Positions 1 to 11,177 of a stretch of 64,000 nucleotides of DNA are shown piece by piece. A model generated the notes under the pieces. That model saw only the letters and a list, made by a program, of their open reading frames with translations, was not told the origin of the DNA and did not search any database. Origin of the DNA: Emiliania huxleyi CCMP1516 (Eukaryota); contig NW_005201249.1 of assembly GCF_000372725.1 (NCBI RefSeq), positions 272,198 to 336,197 on the forward strand, read 5' to 3'. The stretch's first letter is position 1. Each line of letters starts with the position of its first letter. A program made the translations under genes and the position numbers.

Positions 1-166
1 TTGCAGCGAGAAGCGGCGAGAGACTGCGAAGAGAGATAGGAAGAGGCAGACTCCCTAGGGTGGGCGACGGCTAGCGCACCACACACCTCTCCTTAAAATC
101 CCTGTGTGGTGGCGGCGTGCCGTCCTCCCATCCCTCCCTTGGGTTGTCTGTTTTCTTTCTTTCTTT
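1..166 (+). mobile_element. Dispersed repeat family A (probable 3' end of a non-LTR retrotransposon, (TTTC)n tail)
   Basis: Same sequence (GAAGAGAGATAGGAAGAGGCAGACTCCCTAGGGTGGGCGACGGCTAG...CCCTTGGGTTGTCTGTTTTCTTTC) recurs at ~6156, ~21107, ~29042 (minus) and ~61450/62781, with a shared 3' end and variable 5' ends. Confidence 0.8.
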
Positions 167-504
167 AAGGCTAAGCTCAAAAAAAACAAAAAAACTGCAA
201 AAGAAAAACCCAGGGCGTAGTGTTCTTGCTCCAAGTGCTTGCGCTTCGGCGTTCAGTGTGGTGCACTAACCTCCGAGAGAGAGAGATTTGTTTTGTTAAC
301 CTCCGCGAGAAACCCTTCGTATCGCGCCTCATCGCAAACCCTGTTGCAGTCCTCCTCCTCCGGGAATGTAGGTGTGTTGAAGCCAATCGACCCTCGTAAC
401 AGTCAATGCGGGAAAAAAACCTCGCCCGCTCGGCGGCGGCTTGCCAGCCCTCGATATCGGACGGTTCTTGTGCGAGTGCGCGGCTCTCGACGACGGCAGC
501 TGCA

Positions 505-3032
505 ATGAAGGCGGCGCTGGGACGAGTGATCGGCGGCTCTGCTTCGCGAGACCAGAGCCCGGCGCCGCTGCCTTCTGATGAGGGCAATGATGCGACGATG
601 TGTGTTCTCGAGACGAGACGAGTCGTAGACACACTCGCCTTGTAAGATCATTCTGGCCACCCCACCTCCTTCAGTGCTGCAACGGTCGATGGAGCCGGCG
701 CCTCTGTTTACGACCCGCCGACCGTCCCTCGCGACCACCGCTCGGCTCAGGTACATGAAGCACATGACCATCTCGAGCGACAACTCGGAGTACTCGCAGC
801 CGAGTGGGCAGCGCTCTGGGATGCAGCGGGCCAAGGGCCAGCCGAGCGGCGCGCAGCGCAGCGGCGCGCAGGCCAAGGCTGGCCTCGCCGTCTCCTGGTT
901 TGGAGTGCCTCTGGCAGAGCAGCCGACAGAGGTGAGCAGAGAGCGGGAGAGAGCGGAGAGAGACGCGGCCGGAAGGGGTCCTCCTTGTCAGTGCCGAGGC
1001 GGGAGCGTGCACCGGAACGAGCGCCCAACGGCGGGAGTGCGCCCACCAGCCCTCGGCTCCGGCCGTGCCTCTTTCTCTCCCTTGTCGCAGGTCGATCGGG
1101 TAGCGGAGTGGAGGAGCGAGCGGAAAGTGCCGAAGCTTCTCGCCGCGCTTCGGCGCGCTCTCGACGAGAGCGACGGGATGCAGGAGGGCGGGCTAGCGCG
1201 GACCCCCGCTATACCCCTCCGGCTTGCTCCTCCACTTCCCTCGATCACGGCCCAAGGTAGCACCCGGGGGCTAAAGGGGGACCGAACGGCGTAGCGAGGA
1301 GGGAGGCAGCGCCTATATACAAAGATATGCCGCTCACGTCCCCGCTGCCTGGGTGAGCAGGAGGAGGGGATCTTCCGTACCGCCGAGGCGGCGGGCAAGC
1401 TCTCCTTCATACGCGAGCGGCTCGAGCCGGGCGCGACGTCACTTCCGAGACGGTACCGTGACGGCTGCGAGGCTCTCGTCCTGTAGGCAAGCGGCTCGAG
1501 TCTCCTCGGCAAGCGGCTCCTCCTCATATAGGAGACTCTTCCGAGACTCGTCCTGTAGGCAAGCGGCTCGAGTCTCCTCGGCAAGCGGCTCCTCCTCATA
1601 TAGGAGACTCTTCCGAGACTCGTCCTGTAGGCAAGCGGCTCGAGTCTCCTCGGCAAGCGGCTCCTCCTCATAGGAGACTCTTCCGAGACTCGTCCTGTAG
1701 GCAAGCGGCTCGAGTCTCCTCGGCAAGCGGACTCCTCCTCATATAGGAGACTCTTCCGAGACTCGTCCTGTAGGCAAGCGGCTCGAGTCTCCTCGGCAAG
1801 CGGACTCCTCCTCATATAGGAGACTCTTCCGAGACTCGTCCTGTAGGCAAGCGGCTCGAGTCTCCTCGGCAAGCGGACTCCTCCTCATATAGGAGACTCT
1901 TCCGAGACTCGTCCTGTAGGCAAGCGGCTCGAGTCGGGCGAGGACCCGGACGCCGTGCTCGAGGGTTGCTCCTGCCACGCCGTGAGCACGCTCATCAAGG
2001 CCCACCCCCCCTCCCTCCGCCGCCCTCCCTTGCTCTCCCTCCCCCACCCTCCCCACCCTCCCTTGCTCTCCCCCCCCACCCTCCCCACCCTCCCTCCCCT
2101 CTCCACCCTCCCACCCTCTCCACCCCCTCCCGACCGCCTACCCGCGCGGTCCGTGACCGCCCCCTCTCTACCTGCTCTCGACCTGCTCTCGACCTGCTCC
2201 CGCCCTGCTCCCGCCCCGCCCGCCCCTCCCGCAGGCGTGGTTCGCTGAGCTGCCCGGCGGCGTGATGTGGACCGGCGGCGACGCGGCCGCCGCAAAGGCG
2301 AAGAAGAGCAGCAAGAAGGGCGCGCAGGCGGCGGACGCGGGGCGCGAGTTGGAGCGGGAGCTGATCGCGGCCGCAAAGGCTGGCCTTGGCCGTGGGGGGG
2401 GAGGGTGGACTTCGAGGGAGGGGCACCCGTCACGCCTGCCGCCGTGCACAGGTCGGGATGCCGATCAAGATGATCCTCAAAAACGCGATGCCCGAGACGC
2501 AGCGCGACACGCTGTACTGGCTGCTCGACCTGCTGTGCGAGGCGGCGGCCCAGCAGAGCACCTCGAAGATGGGGGTGCGAAGCAGCGTGCCCGGCGGCGG
2601 GCGCGGGCCTGGCGCACCCAGAGACACCTCCCTCCTCTCCTCCCCCTCCCTCCCCTCCTCTCCTCCCCCTCCCAGGCGGACAACCTCGCCGTCATCTTCG
2701 CACCGGTGCTGCTGCCGACCGACGCAAGCGCGCCGCCGATGGAGCAGCTGCAGCGCGCAAAGGACGGGGTGCGCCGTTCGGCCGAGAGAGCTGAGTCGCA
2801 CCCCCCGCGTCCCACGCCTCTGCCGGCACGGGCGGGACGGGGCGTGCGGAGAGCTGACGCCCTTCCCCTCTCGTGCCGCGGGCAGGTCACCCTCGTCAAG
2901 AGCCTGCTGGTGACCCACGAGAAGGACAGGCCAAAGCCGGCGGCCTCCGACTTGGCCGAGGGCGACGAGAGCGCGACGGGCATCGACATCAACGGCGACG
3001 GGGCGGTGGGCGAGGTTCCCCCCGCTGCCTGA
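505..3032 (+). CDS. RhoGAP domain protein (multi-exon)
   Basis: Exon pieces give WFGVPLAE, VPKLLAALRRAL, EEGIFR (arginine finger, ~1361), HAVSTLIK/AWFAELPG, TLYWLLDLL...SKMG/ADNLAVIFAPVLL, the RhoGAP motifs in order; stop at 3032; start codon uncertain. Confidence 0.85.
1475..1935 (+). repeat. Intronic tandem repeat, ~72-bp unit x ~6.5, each unit containing the 3' splice site
   Basis: Units start at 1475, 1547, 1619, 1689, 1762, 1835 and 1908; each has CCTGTAG|GCAAGCGGCTCGAGTC. Confidence 0.95.
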
Positions 3033-4449
3033 AGGGCTCGCCGCCCAGTCGATTAGCGTCACAGAGTGCGGGCGGGCGGGCGAGCGAGGCACGGCCTTGA
3101 CACACCATCCTCGGCCAATCTCATTCGTACACTCTACACACTCCTGTCTCCTCAGTCGGGGCATCCGGTGTGTTCCCGCACACGCACCTCTGCACATCGG
3201 CCCGCCGCCCCACACACTGCATCCTCCCCGATTCGGGGTGCGCCCCCAGAGAAGCACACAAGGCGGCCCCACTTTGTCTGTGCTAAAAGAGAGAACTTTA
3301 CACTGAGATGGTTTTAACACAATGGCGCGTAATATCGCTTACGGGGGGGAGAGCGCTGCGTCCGGCCGTGGAGCCCGTAGCGCCCTGCACGGCGGGGCCT
3401 CGTGACCTACATCGATGTAGATGAAGAGAAACCACACTGTACAGTGCACACACCACGAGATATGGCTGGATGAGCCTTCGGCCAGACGCGCGCTGAGGCG
3501 CGCCCCCCGCCCGGTGACTCTGACGGACGATTCTATCAATGTGGTGAGACGGACACGATATCCTATCGATAGAGCCGTAGGGATGAGTCTGCTAGGGATG
3601 ATGAGTGCGTGTACATGACACACGCTCCCAGTCAGCGCGCTCGCGGGGGGTCCGGTCAGCGCGCTCTATAGGTCTGGGTGGACGGGGCCTTTGCGCCAGA
3701 GCTCCCCTGTGCTCACCGGAACTCACACGTGCAGTCTACCGGCTGTTCTCTCCCTCGGATGAGGGTGTCGACAGCGTCGAGAGCGCTGAGAGCGATGATG
3801 CAGCGTGCGCCTGCAAGGCCTATCCGTTGTGGTCGGGCGCAACCTCGCCGACAACCTAAAAACCTCGACATGTGCATGGAGCTTTTGGAGCAGACCCCGC
3901 GCGGCCAGCGCGCCGCGCAGCTGGGCCCCGGTGGTCGCCAGGATGGATCTCGACCCCTCCGGCACGAGCACCGCGCTCGTCAGCGACTCGGCAGACTATG
4001 CCGAGGAGCGCGTTCGAACAGCGCCCCGCCGAGATCTCCCTCTCTGAGTACATACACCCCACGATCGAGACCGCCGGTCGGCAGCCCTAAAGCTGACTTT
4101 CCAGAGCTGCGGTCAGCGCCTCTCGTCGAGTGTCGCCGACCGCAGCTCTGCTTCGTTCCTCTACAATCGATCGAGGCTCATCTCTCGACAATCTCGGCTC
4201 CACCAAGCCGCCGGCCAGAGAGATGTCGCTGTCGAGCGCGGTGATGCGTGCCGTGGGGGTCGGTCTCCCTCCTAGTGGCCGCCTCCGCGCGGATTACTGG
4301 CCGTCTGCGGGAACTCGGCGAACTGCAGGGGAAGGGGGCGCGTCGGGAGGTTCTCGCGCCCCCGCCGTGTGGTGAGGATTCAAGCTTACGCCATAATGGG
4401 GGGCCAGCACGCCGGGCTGGTGGCCTTTTGTGGACAATGAACACAGATA

Positions 4450-4870
4450 GCAGTGCGGACAAAGATGGGGATCGGCGCCATGCACAAACACCTGGGCGTG
4501 CATTGTCCGCGCCTGCGACACGACACATTACAGTTTACACCATTACACGGACGAATTACTCTCAGAAGTCCACACGAGACGCACCGGGGAAGGGGTGGGG
4601 GCGGCAGCGGTAGCAGCGGGGGCGGCGGAGGCGGCAGCGGACGCGCGCGACGGAGGGGCGGAGCAGCGGTCGCTGCTCCGTGTGCGGACAGGGATGGGAA
4701 TCGGCGCCATGCACGCTCCTGGGCGCGCGCGCATTGCCACATTACTCTCGGGAGACGTACCGGGGAAGGAAAGGGGGGGGCGTCGGGGGTAGCAGCGGAG
4801 GCAGCAGCGGGCGCACGCAACGGAGGGGCGGAGCAGCGACCGCTGCGCGCGCGGTCGCTGCTCCGTCTGC
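4450..4870. repeat. Diverged tandem duplication (~200-230 bp unit)
   Basis: GTGCGGACA..GATGGG.ATCGGCGCCATGCAC at ~4452 and ~4682; ATTACTCTC...GGAGGGGCGGAGCAGCG at ~4556 and ~4741. Confidence 0.6.
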
Positions 4871-5625
4871 GCCGGAGCGCGCCGCCAGCGCGCACGCCCT
4901 CGATAGGCTCGCGCGTGAGGAGGCAAGCGTGGCGGCGCGGGGAAGCGCGGCGGCGGCGGCGAGCACGCGAGTGGTCCGCGCGCGGCGAGGCGGACGGGCG
5001 ATGGCCGGCGGGTGACGAGGCAAGAGAGCAGCCAACACCCGACGCGAACGGCATTGAACGTCTGCGCAGAAGCCATAGGGCAGTCAGTGGTGGGGCGAGG
5101 CGGAGCCGGCCGCGGGCCGGGTGCAAGGCGCCGGCCTTGGCGCCGCCTCGGCGCGCCTTCTTCAACTGACCGAGCTCTCCTCCAGACTCTTGGCGCGATT
5201 GCCGCAGCAGGACGGGGCCCAGCGGCGGAGTCGGAGGCGAAGGTGCAGCCTCAGGGGGGCGCGCGCCGCCATCCGAGAGCATCAATATGCTCACTCGGAC
5301 GAGACGACCTTGCTCGGCTTCCGTAATTGTGCATGAGCAGCGCCCGGAGCTTCCCGGGGAGGGAGGCGCGTCGACGTTGTCGAGGTGTCGAGGTTGCGTG
5401 TTTCGAGGTTGCATGCTTCCGCTAACTCGTAGCACATTTGCCACCTGCTCTGACGCCGCCGCCTGCTCTTCCTGCGCCTCCGGCTCCAGCCCAGCCTTGT
5501 CGCCGGTGGAGGAAACCGTCAGCATGGACGAGCCACAGCGTCGGCCCGTCCACAGTTGGGTCCGCCCAGCGACCGCAGCCACCGCGCCGCCGCAGCGGTG
5601 GCGAGAGAGCGCTCGTCTTCCGCAC

Positions 5626-5940
5626 TGAGGTGGGAGATGCGCCTGCCGCCTCAGCGCACGATACTCCTCCTCCGCCGGCGTCGGTATGGACGGGTGGAAG
5701 GCTCGAAGCTCGGGGAAGCGCTCAAGCGTGGCCTTGCGTCCTTTTGCGTTGCCCGTGCCCTATATCCGCGCCAGCAGGACTGCACAGTGATAATGGCGGG
5801 TGTGTCGAGCGTCGGCAGGGCGTCACAAAGGTCGGCGGAGTTGTTTCGAGATCTCCCCGATTCACTGACAGGAGGCGTGGAGGTAGGCGTCCTCTTGAGC
5901 GATTTGAGGATCTCAGTTCCTCGAGCAGACAGAGCCCATG
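5626..5940 (-). other. Possible IQ calmodulin-binding motif exon/fragment
   Basis: Minus-strand frame reads AIITVQSCWRGYRARATQK (~5745-5797), matching IQxxxRGxxxR; gene structure unresolved. Confidence 0.35.
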
Positions 5941-6155
5941 CTTTGACCTCGTGCTTTGCCGCACTGACAGTTCAGGAGCGAGCGTGACGGGACGAGCCCT
6001 ACCTTCGTGAATGAAAGGAAACTACTCCGCAAAGCGACTGGCACGTCTGCCGGTTGTAACAGTGAGAAGCTTTCCGATTTTGGTTATTTTTTCTTGTAGA
6101 GGTGCGAAGCAGAAAAAAATGTCCGACCTGTCGTTGCGACTCTGCGACCCTCCTC

Positions 6156-6328
6156 AGGTTGCAGCGAGAATTAGCGAGGGACTGCGAAGAGAGATAGGAA
6201 GAGGCGGACGCCCTAGGGAGGGGGAGGGCTAGCGCATCACACCCCTCTCCTTAAAATCCCTGTGTGGTGGCGGCGTGCCGTCCTCAGAAAGAAAGAAATA
6301 AAACGGGCAACCCATGGAAGGGATGGGT
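6156..6328 (+). mobile_element. Family A repeat copy whose terminal tail segment is in the opposite orientation
   Basis: 6156-6285 matches family A; 6286-6328 is the reverse complement of a CCCATCCC...GGGTTG...TTTCTTTC tail. Confidence 0.7.
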
Positions 6329-6460
6329 GCGATCAGTGTCTTCTTTCCCGTTTACAAATCCCGTGCCCAGTGCTGGGTAGCTAAAATTCTTTTCTTTGCG
6401 ACCCGCCTCACCTCCTCATCGCCGCTGAGCTTCCATCGCCGGCTGAGCTGCACGCTGGCG

Positions 6461-7709
6461 ATGTCGACGACGCGTACGGCTGCGAGACACATCGCCGCAC
6501 TGCTGTCGGGCGTCGGGCTCGGCTACATCGTCGCGCTTTCCCGGCTGCGGTGGCGGCGGCGACGGCAGCTAAACGCCGAGTGGACCCGTGCTGACTTTGT
6601 CGCACTCTTCTGCAACCCCAAGCTGCCGCGAAGCTTCGGCATGCGGCCGCTCTCGTTTGGTCAGGATATGAAGTTCATTATGCGAGCGCTGCCACGCTAC
6701 CTGCTGCACGTCGAGCCAGCCGCTTCGTTGTACACGGCTCGTCGCGCCCTCGTGCAAAACCGTCCACGGATCGTCGTCTTCTCGGGTCACACCTCGCATG
6801 TTGGGCAGAGCCCTCACCTCTGCTTCGAGACGCCGGACGGACGCTACGACCCCGTCGTCACCTCGCAGATCCTAATCGCTATGCTGCTCAGCCTCGATCG
6901 ACGCTCCTCGTCGCCGCCGTCCGATCTCTCCGCCGCCGTCGAGGCGCACTTGCAGGCGCAGCAGGCCGCAGGCCTCGAGATGGCGCACTGCTCGCGCGCG
7001 TGGATGGAGCGCGCGGCTCTGGAGTTCGCGACCACCTCCGAGCGCGCGTCGAGTAGTCCGTCGGCCGAGCGCAGCCTCACCAGCACAGGATCCGAGCGCA
7101 GCCTCCTGCGCGGCCTCCTTCCGTTGCCAGCAGACGGCTCCGCGGCGTCGGAGGCGGAGCCGCTCCTCGCTCTCTCGCGGCTCGCCTGCATCGTGCTCAA
7201 CTCTTGCTGCTCGCTCGAGATTGGCGAGATGCTCGTGCGCGCCCTCCCGCGCGTCGCGCTAGTGTGCTGGTCGACTCTGACCGAGGAGCCATGGACAGCC
7301 GCGCACACGGACCAAAGAGGAGCTGTGTGCTGAGGGCTTCGTGCCGTGCCTGTAGGACACGGCGGCCCGCGCCTTCCTGGTTGGCTTCATGAACAAGATG
7401 GTGGAGCTGGATGCGGCGCCTTCCCCCGTGGCTCCAAAATGCTTGCGCCTGTACCTGTGGGCGGGCGCCGGCCGTGATGCAAGCAGCGGCCTCGACCTCG
7501 TCAAGTCCGCGTTCAAGGCTGGCTGCGCCGCGTTCACCGCGGGCGGCTACGCCTTTGGCGATCCCAACAATTTCCTCCATCCGTCCGGACACCCGCACTG
7601 GCGGCAGCCAGAGTTCAAGACGTGCCCTCATTGCTCGCCGCCGGTGCAGGGACAGGTCGTGCTGCTGCTCGCGAGCGGTGGCGGGGTGGAACGGATATAT
7701 GGCGGGTAA
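6461..7709 (+). CDS. CHAT-domain (caspase-like clan CD) protein with N-terminal hydrophobic segment
   Basis: RPRIVVFSGH (His), LCFE, IVLNSC (Cys), VCWSTLTE|DTAARAFLVGF follow the CHAT motif order; one intron ~7286-7355. Confidence 0.65.
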
Positions 7710-8026
7710 GATCCCCGGGTAAGTGTACGTATGGTGACACGTCATTTTTTCAGAAAAACTAAGTGTCTAACAAACTACAAACATGGCACACATAATCACA
7801 TATCACCCGGGGAATCAGCTCGCCCTCGCCCCGCCGCGAGCGAGGGAGGAGCCTCGAGAATTGCGCGGCACCTGGCCGCAGGCCAAAATTCTTTTCGCAG
7901 GCTTGTTCCTCAGGCTCCCGCGCGCGCCTTGCCACGCCGCGCCGCCTCCTTCTCGCTCACCCCTCCCGCCTCGCGCGAGTCTAGGTGGTGCCTGTTCCCC
8001 AGGCCCATTCGTTGCGAGGAGCTGCC

Positions 8027-8897
8027 ATGAACGTGCGCCGCCCGTTCCGCCCGCCTGACCGCTCCCGCGTTGCGCCGCGGCCTTGCGCCGACACTCCCTC
8101 CCCGATGGCGCGTGCAGATCAAGGTCAAGACGCTGACAGGTAAGGAGATTGAGATTGACATCGAGACGGATGACACCATCTCGAGGATCAAGGCGCGGCA
8201 CGCACGCCTCCCCTCCTCCCTTCCCGGTTGCGGCGCCGCCAGCCGCGGTCCGCGCACCACATGTCTCGGAAAGTGGGGTGGTGCTCACCATTGCGCGCCC
8301 GCGGTCGCCCGGCTGTGCCCTCGAGACGTGCGCCGCCCTCCTCCGCACGTAGGAGCGCGTCGAGGAGAAGGAGGGCATCCCTCCCCCGCAGCAGCGCCTC
8401 ATCTTTGGAGGCAAGCAGATGAACGACGACAAGAAGGCGGGCGGCGCCCCTAAACTCGCACCTCCCCGCCACCCCACCCACGCGCCGGCGCAGACTTATA
8501 CACGGCTCACCTTCCTCAGTGAGCCCGCCATCCGCGCCGCACCCGCACCCTCCTACCCGTCTGTGCACACCTCGCAACCCGCCCTGCCCGCCGCCTCGCT
8601 GCCCGCCTGGCCGCCGCCCTACTGTTCCGCGCGCCAACACGGCGGGGCGGGAGAGACGCCTCCTCTCCTCGCCCTCCCTCTGTCCCACTCCCGCGCACTC
8701 CTTCCGGCCTTGCGCCCGTGGCGCGGCGCGGCGGAGGCGGCAGGCACACCCACAAGACACACCCAGAGGAACGGCCGGAGGAAACACCCGAAAAGAGACG
8801 ACCCGAGCGGGCCTGGCACCAGGCGAGCGAGTACAACATCGAGGGCGGCTCCGTCCTCCACCTCGTGCTTGCGCTGCGCGGCGGGCGGGGCCACTGA
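8027..8897 (+). CDS. NEDD8: NEDD8/RUB1 ubiquitin-like modifier (4 exons)
   Basis: Spliced: [84 protein letters not shown] is diagnostic of NEDD8; two GC donors. Confidence 0.95.
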
Positions 8898-9507
8898 GCG
8901 GAGCCACTCAACGTACCCCCCCCCCCCCCCTTTGGACTATGGACCCTCCCTTTCCCGCACCCCTTCCCATGGCGCATGGGCCCCTGGTACGTGGGCGTCG
9001 AGTCGGCGCGCGGGGCGCACGCCTCGCCGCAGGCCATCCGGGCCGCCCGCCATCGTTGGCTGACGGGCGGCGGCGGCCGCGCTGTCCGCGCCCCCCCTTG
9101 TTGTGAGTTGAGTGTTTTATGGCGTATGCGGCCGCAGCCCCTGGGCGGAGTACACAGCGGCGGGGGAGAGCTATGCGGCAGGGCGTGGGGTGGGAGTATA
9201 TTACGGGTATTGAATGAAAAAGAACTCTCGTGGTTGCTCCAAGTGCTCCAAGTGCACACACCGCCAGACGCATCCTACACGCTCGCGGGCACGGGCGCGC
9301 CGCCACGGCACCCGGGCACCGCCCCGGACCGCTCCCGCGCCCCCTCTCCCTCGCGACTTTGCGCATGTACAGCAATCTAGCTGTGTCAAGCATGATAGAT
9401 AGACAGGTATAGAAAGAAAGTGTGCATTTACTTATATACGAAAGGTCTCCAAAAAGAATTCAACGAAAGCGACTCTCTCATACAGCACAACAGAGTGTTC
9501 ATCAACA

Positions 9508-9755
9508 GGGTTCCGGGCGGCTCCTAGCCAGATAGCAAGGGGGTCTGTTGACCACGGTGACACCCATGCAATAGGTAGGTAGGTCCGGTTTTGACCGCCC
9601 CAGAGGGCCCTACAACAGGTAGGTACCCCCTATTTTCGTCTTTTTTCGCTTCGCTGCGCGGCCTGAGGATAGGTAGCTGGTAGGTAGGTAGGAGGGCGTT
9701 TTGGTGGCGCGAGTCATGGTGAACAGACCCCCTATCTGGCTAGGAGCCGGAACCC
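9508..9755. mobile_element. MITE-like element with ~40-bp imperfect terminal inverted repeats
   Basis: GGGTTCCGG..CTCCTAGCCAGATAG..GGGGGTCTGTTGACCA at the left end, its reverse complement at ~9717-9755; internal (TAGG)n. Confidence 0.6.
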
Positions 9756-11177
9756 AAGGATCGACACAGGTCCGTCACAGTTCCCCATGCCGCGGATTTA
9801 GTTATTTGCGAATCTGTTTCGTGGTAAGGCCTCAGAAAGAAAAAGATAATTGGCAAGGAACGCACTCGGTCGTGAGGAACGGCGAAGCTTTCTTCGGGGG
9901 GGCGGGAGTGAAGTCGGGAGTGCTTGGCTTTTGCTGCGCGACCCCGGCTCGCAACTGTGGCCGGCGCGGTCAGACACCCCCGATGCGCGACGCTCGCCGT
10001 CAGCGTCCTTGGTGGACGCAGCTGTCACGCTCTCGGCTCCCGTGTGTGACGCGCCGGCTCATCCCTGATCCTCGGCCTCGTGGTCCGGGTGCTCGGGCTC
10101 AGGCTCCTCCCACAGGCTCTCCGCCTCAGTTGAGCCGTCCTCCGCCACCACGAGCTTGGCGGCGAGCACAGGGGGGAAGTGAGAGCGAGAGGCGGTCGTG
10201 GGGTAGCGTCGGAGGAGAGATGTGGCAGGCAGCGGAGGGCAGGGGCGGTAGCGTTGTGTGGCCACCTTGCAGAGCGTGTAGACTCCCCTTCCCTTTAGCA
10301 GCTCGCTCGCGCGGCGGCTGGTCGCCTCGCCCTCAGCGACCGCGCCGAGTCCCGCTAGGCCTACAGCCGCCGAGCCCTACCGTGGTTGCTGTCTGTCACT
10401 GTCTCGAGCTTGTATCGCTGGGACCTGGGTCTGCTATCAGTCTCGAGCGTGTGTCGCTGGGTCTGCTATCAGTGAGGTGACTGAGGAGGTCGACCGCCTC
10501 CGTCGGCGTTCAAGAGGTCGATCGCCTCCGAGAGGTCCGTATAGCCGCACCTTTCCAGGGTCAATCATGCTGCGGCATTTGTGACTGGGAAAGGGCACAG
10601 AAGGTGGCGACAGCGATGGACGAGCGGGTGGTGGTTACGAGGGAGGTGGTGCGGACCTGTCCCTGAGTGCATCGCAGAAAGAGGCGACCTTGCAGTCGGA
10701 ATTAAACAGCAGCGTCAGACCCTGGGAGTATCGGACCTGCACCCACGCCATTGAAGCAGCAGCGCTCGCGCCAGCGCTCGCAGGGACGAACGTAGAAACC
10801 GTAACCGTCACTGCACTGGGCGGCCATGCTTCGCCGGACCGAGTCCGAGCAGCGGCGGCGCGTCGAGGCGCAGCGGCAGCAGCGGGAGGAGCTTGACGAG
10901 CAGCGGCGCCTCAAGCAGCAGCGTCTGCAGCGCGAGAAGGACGAACAGCATCAGCAGGCGCGGCAACGCGGGACGCTGGAACACAACACCGCAAAATTGC
11001 TTACCCTGCACCTGTGTCAGGACGCGGCGCTGTTCGGCGGCCGCTTTCTTGCCGGCGTCAGCGATGAGATGGTCGAGCAGGTCTCGCCACAGGGGGGTGG
11101 CTCCAGCGCGCGCGGCCAGATCCGCATGATGCCGTACGTACCGCGCCGGCCGCCGAGCGGCGGGGGCACCCTACAAT

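Noticed and set aside
1475..1935. CRISPR-like array
   Set aside because: Units are contiguous near-identical repeats with no unique spacers, inside a eukaryotic intron; no cas genes
3339..4400. Protein-coding gene
   Set aside because: Several short overlapping ORFs with no recognisable motif or consistent exon structure
10826..11177. LINE ORF1 or N-terminal domain of the retrotransposon
   Set aside because: Lies outside the TSD-defined element boundary
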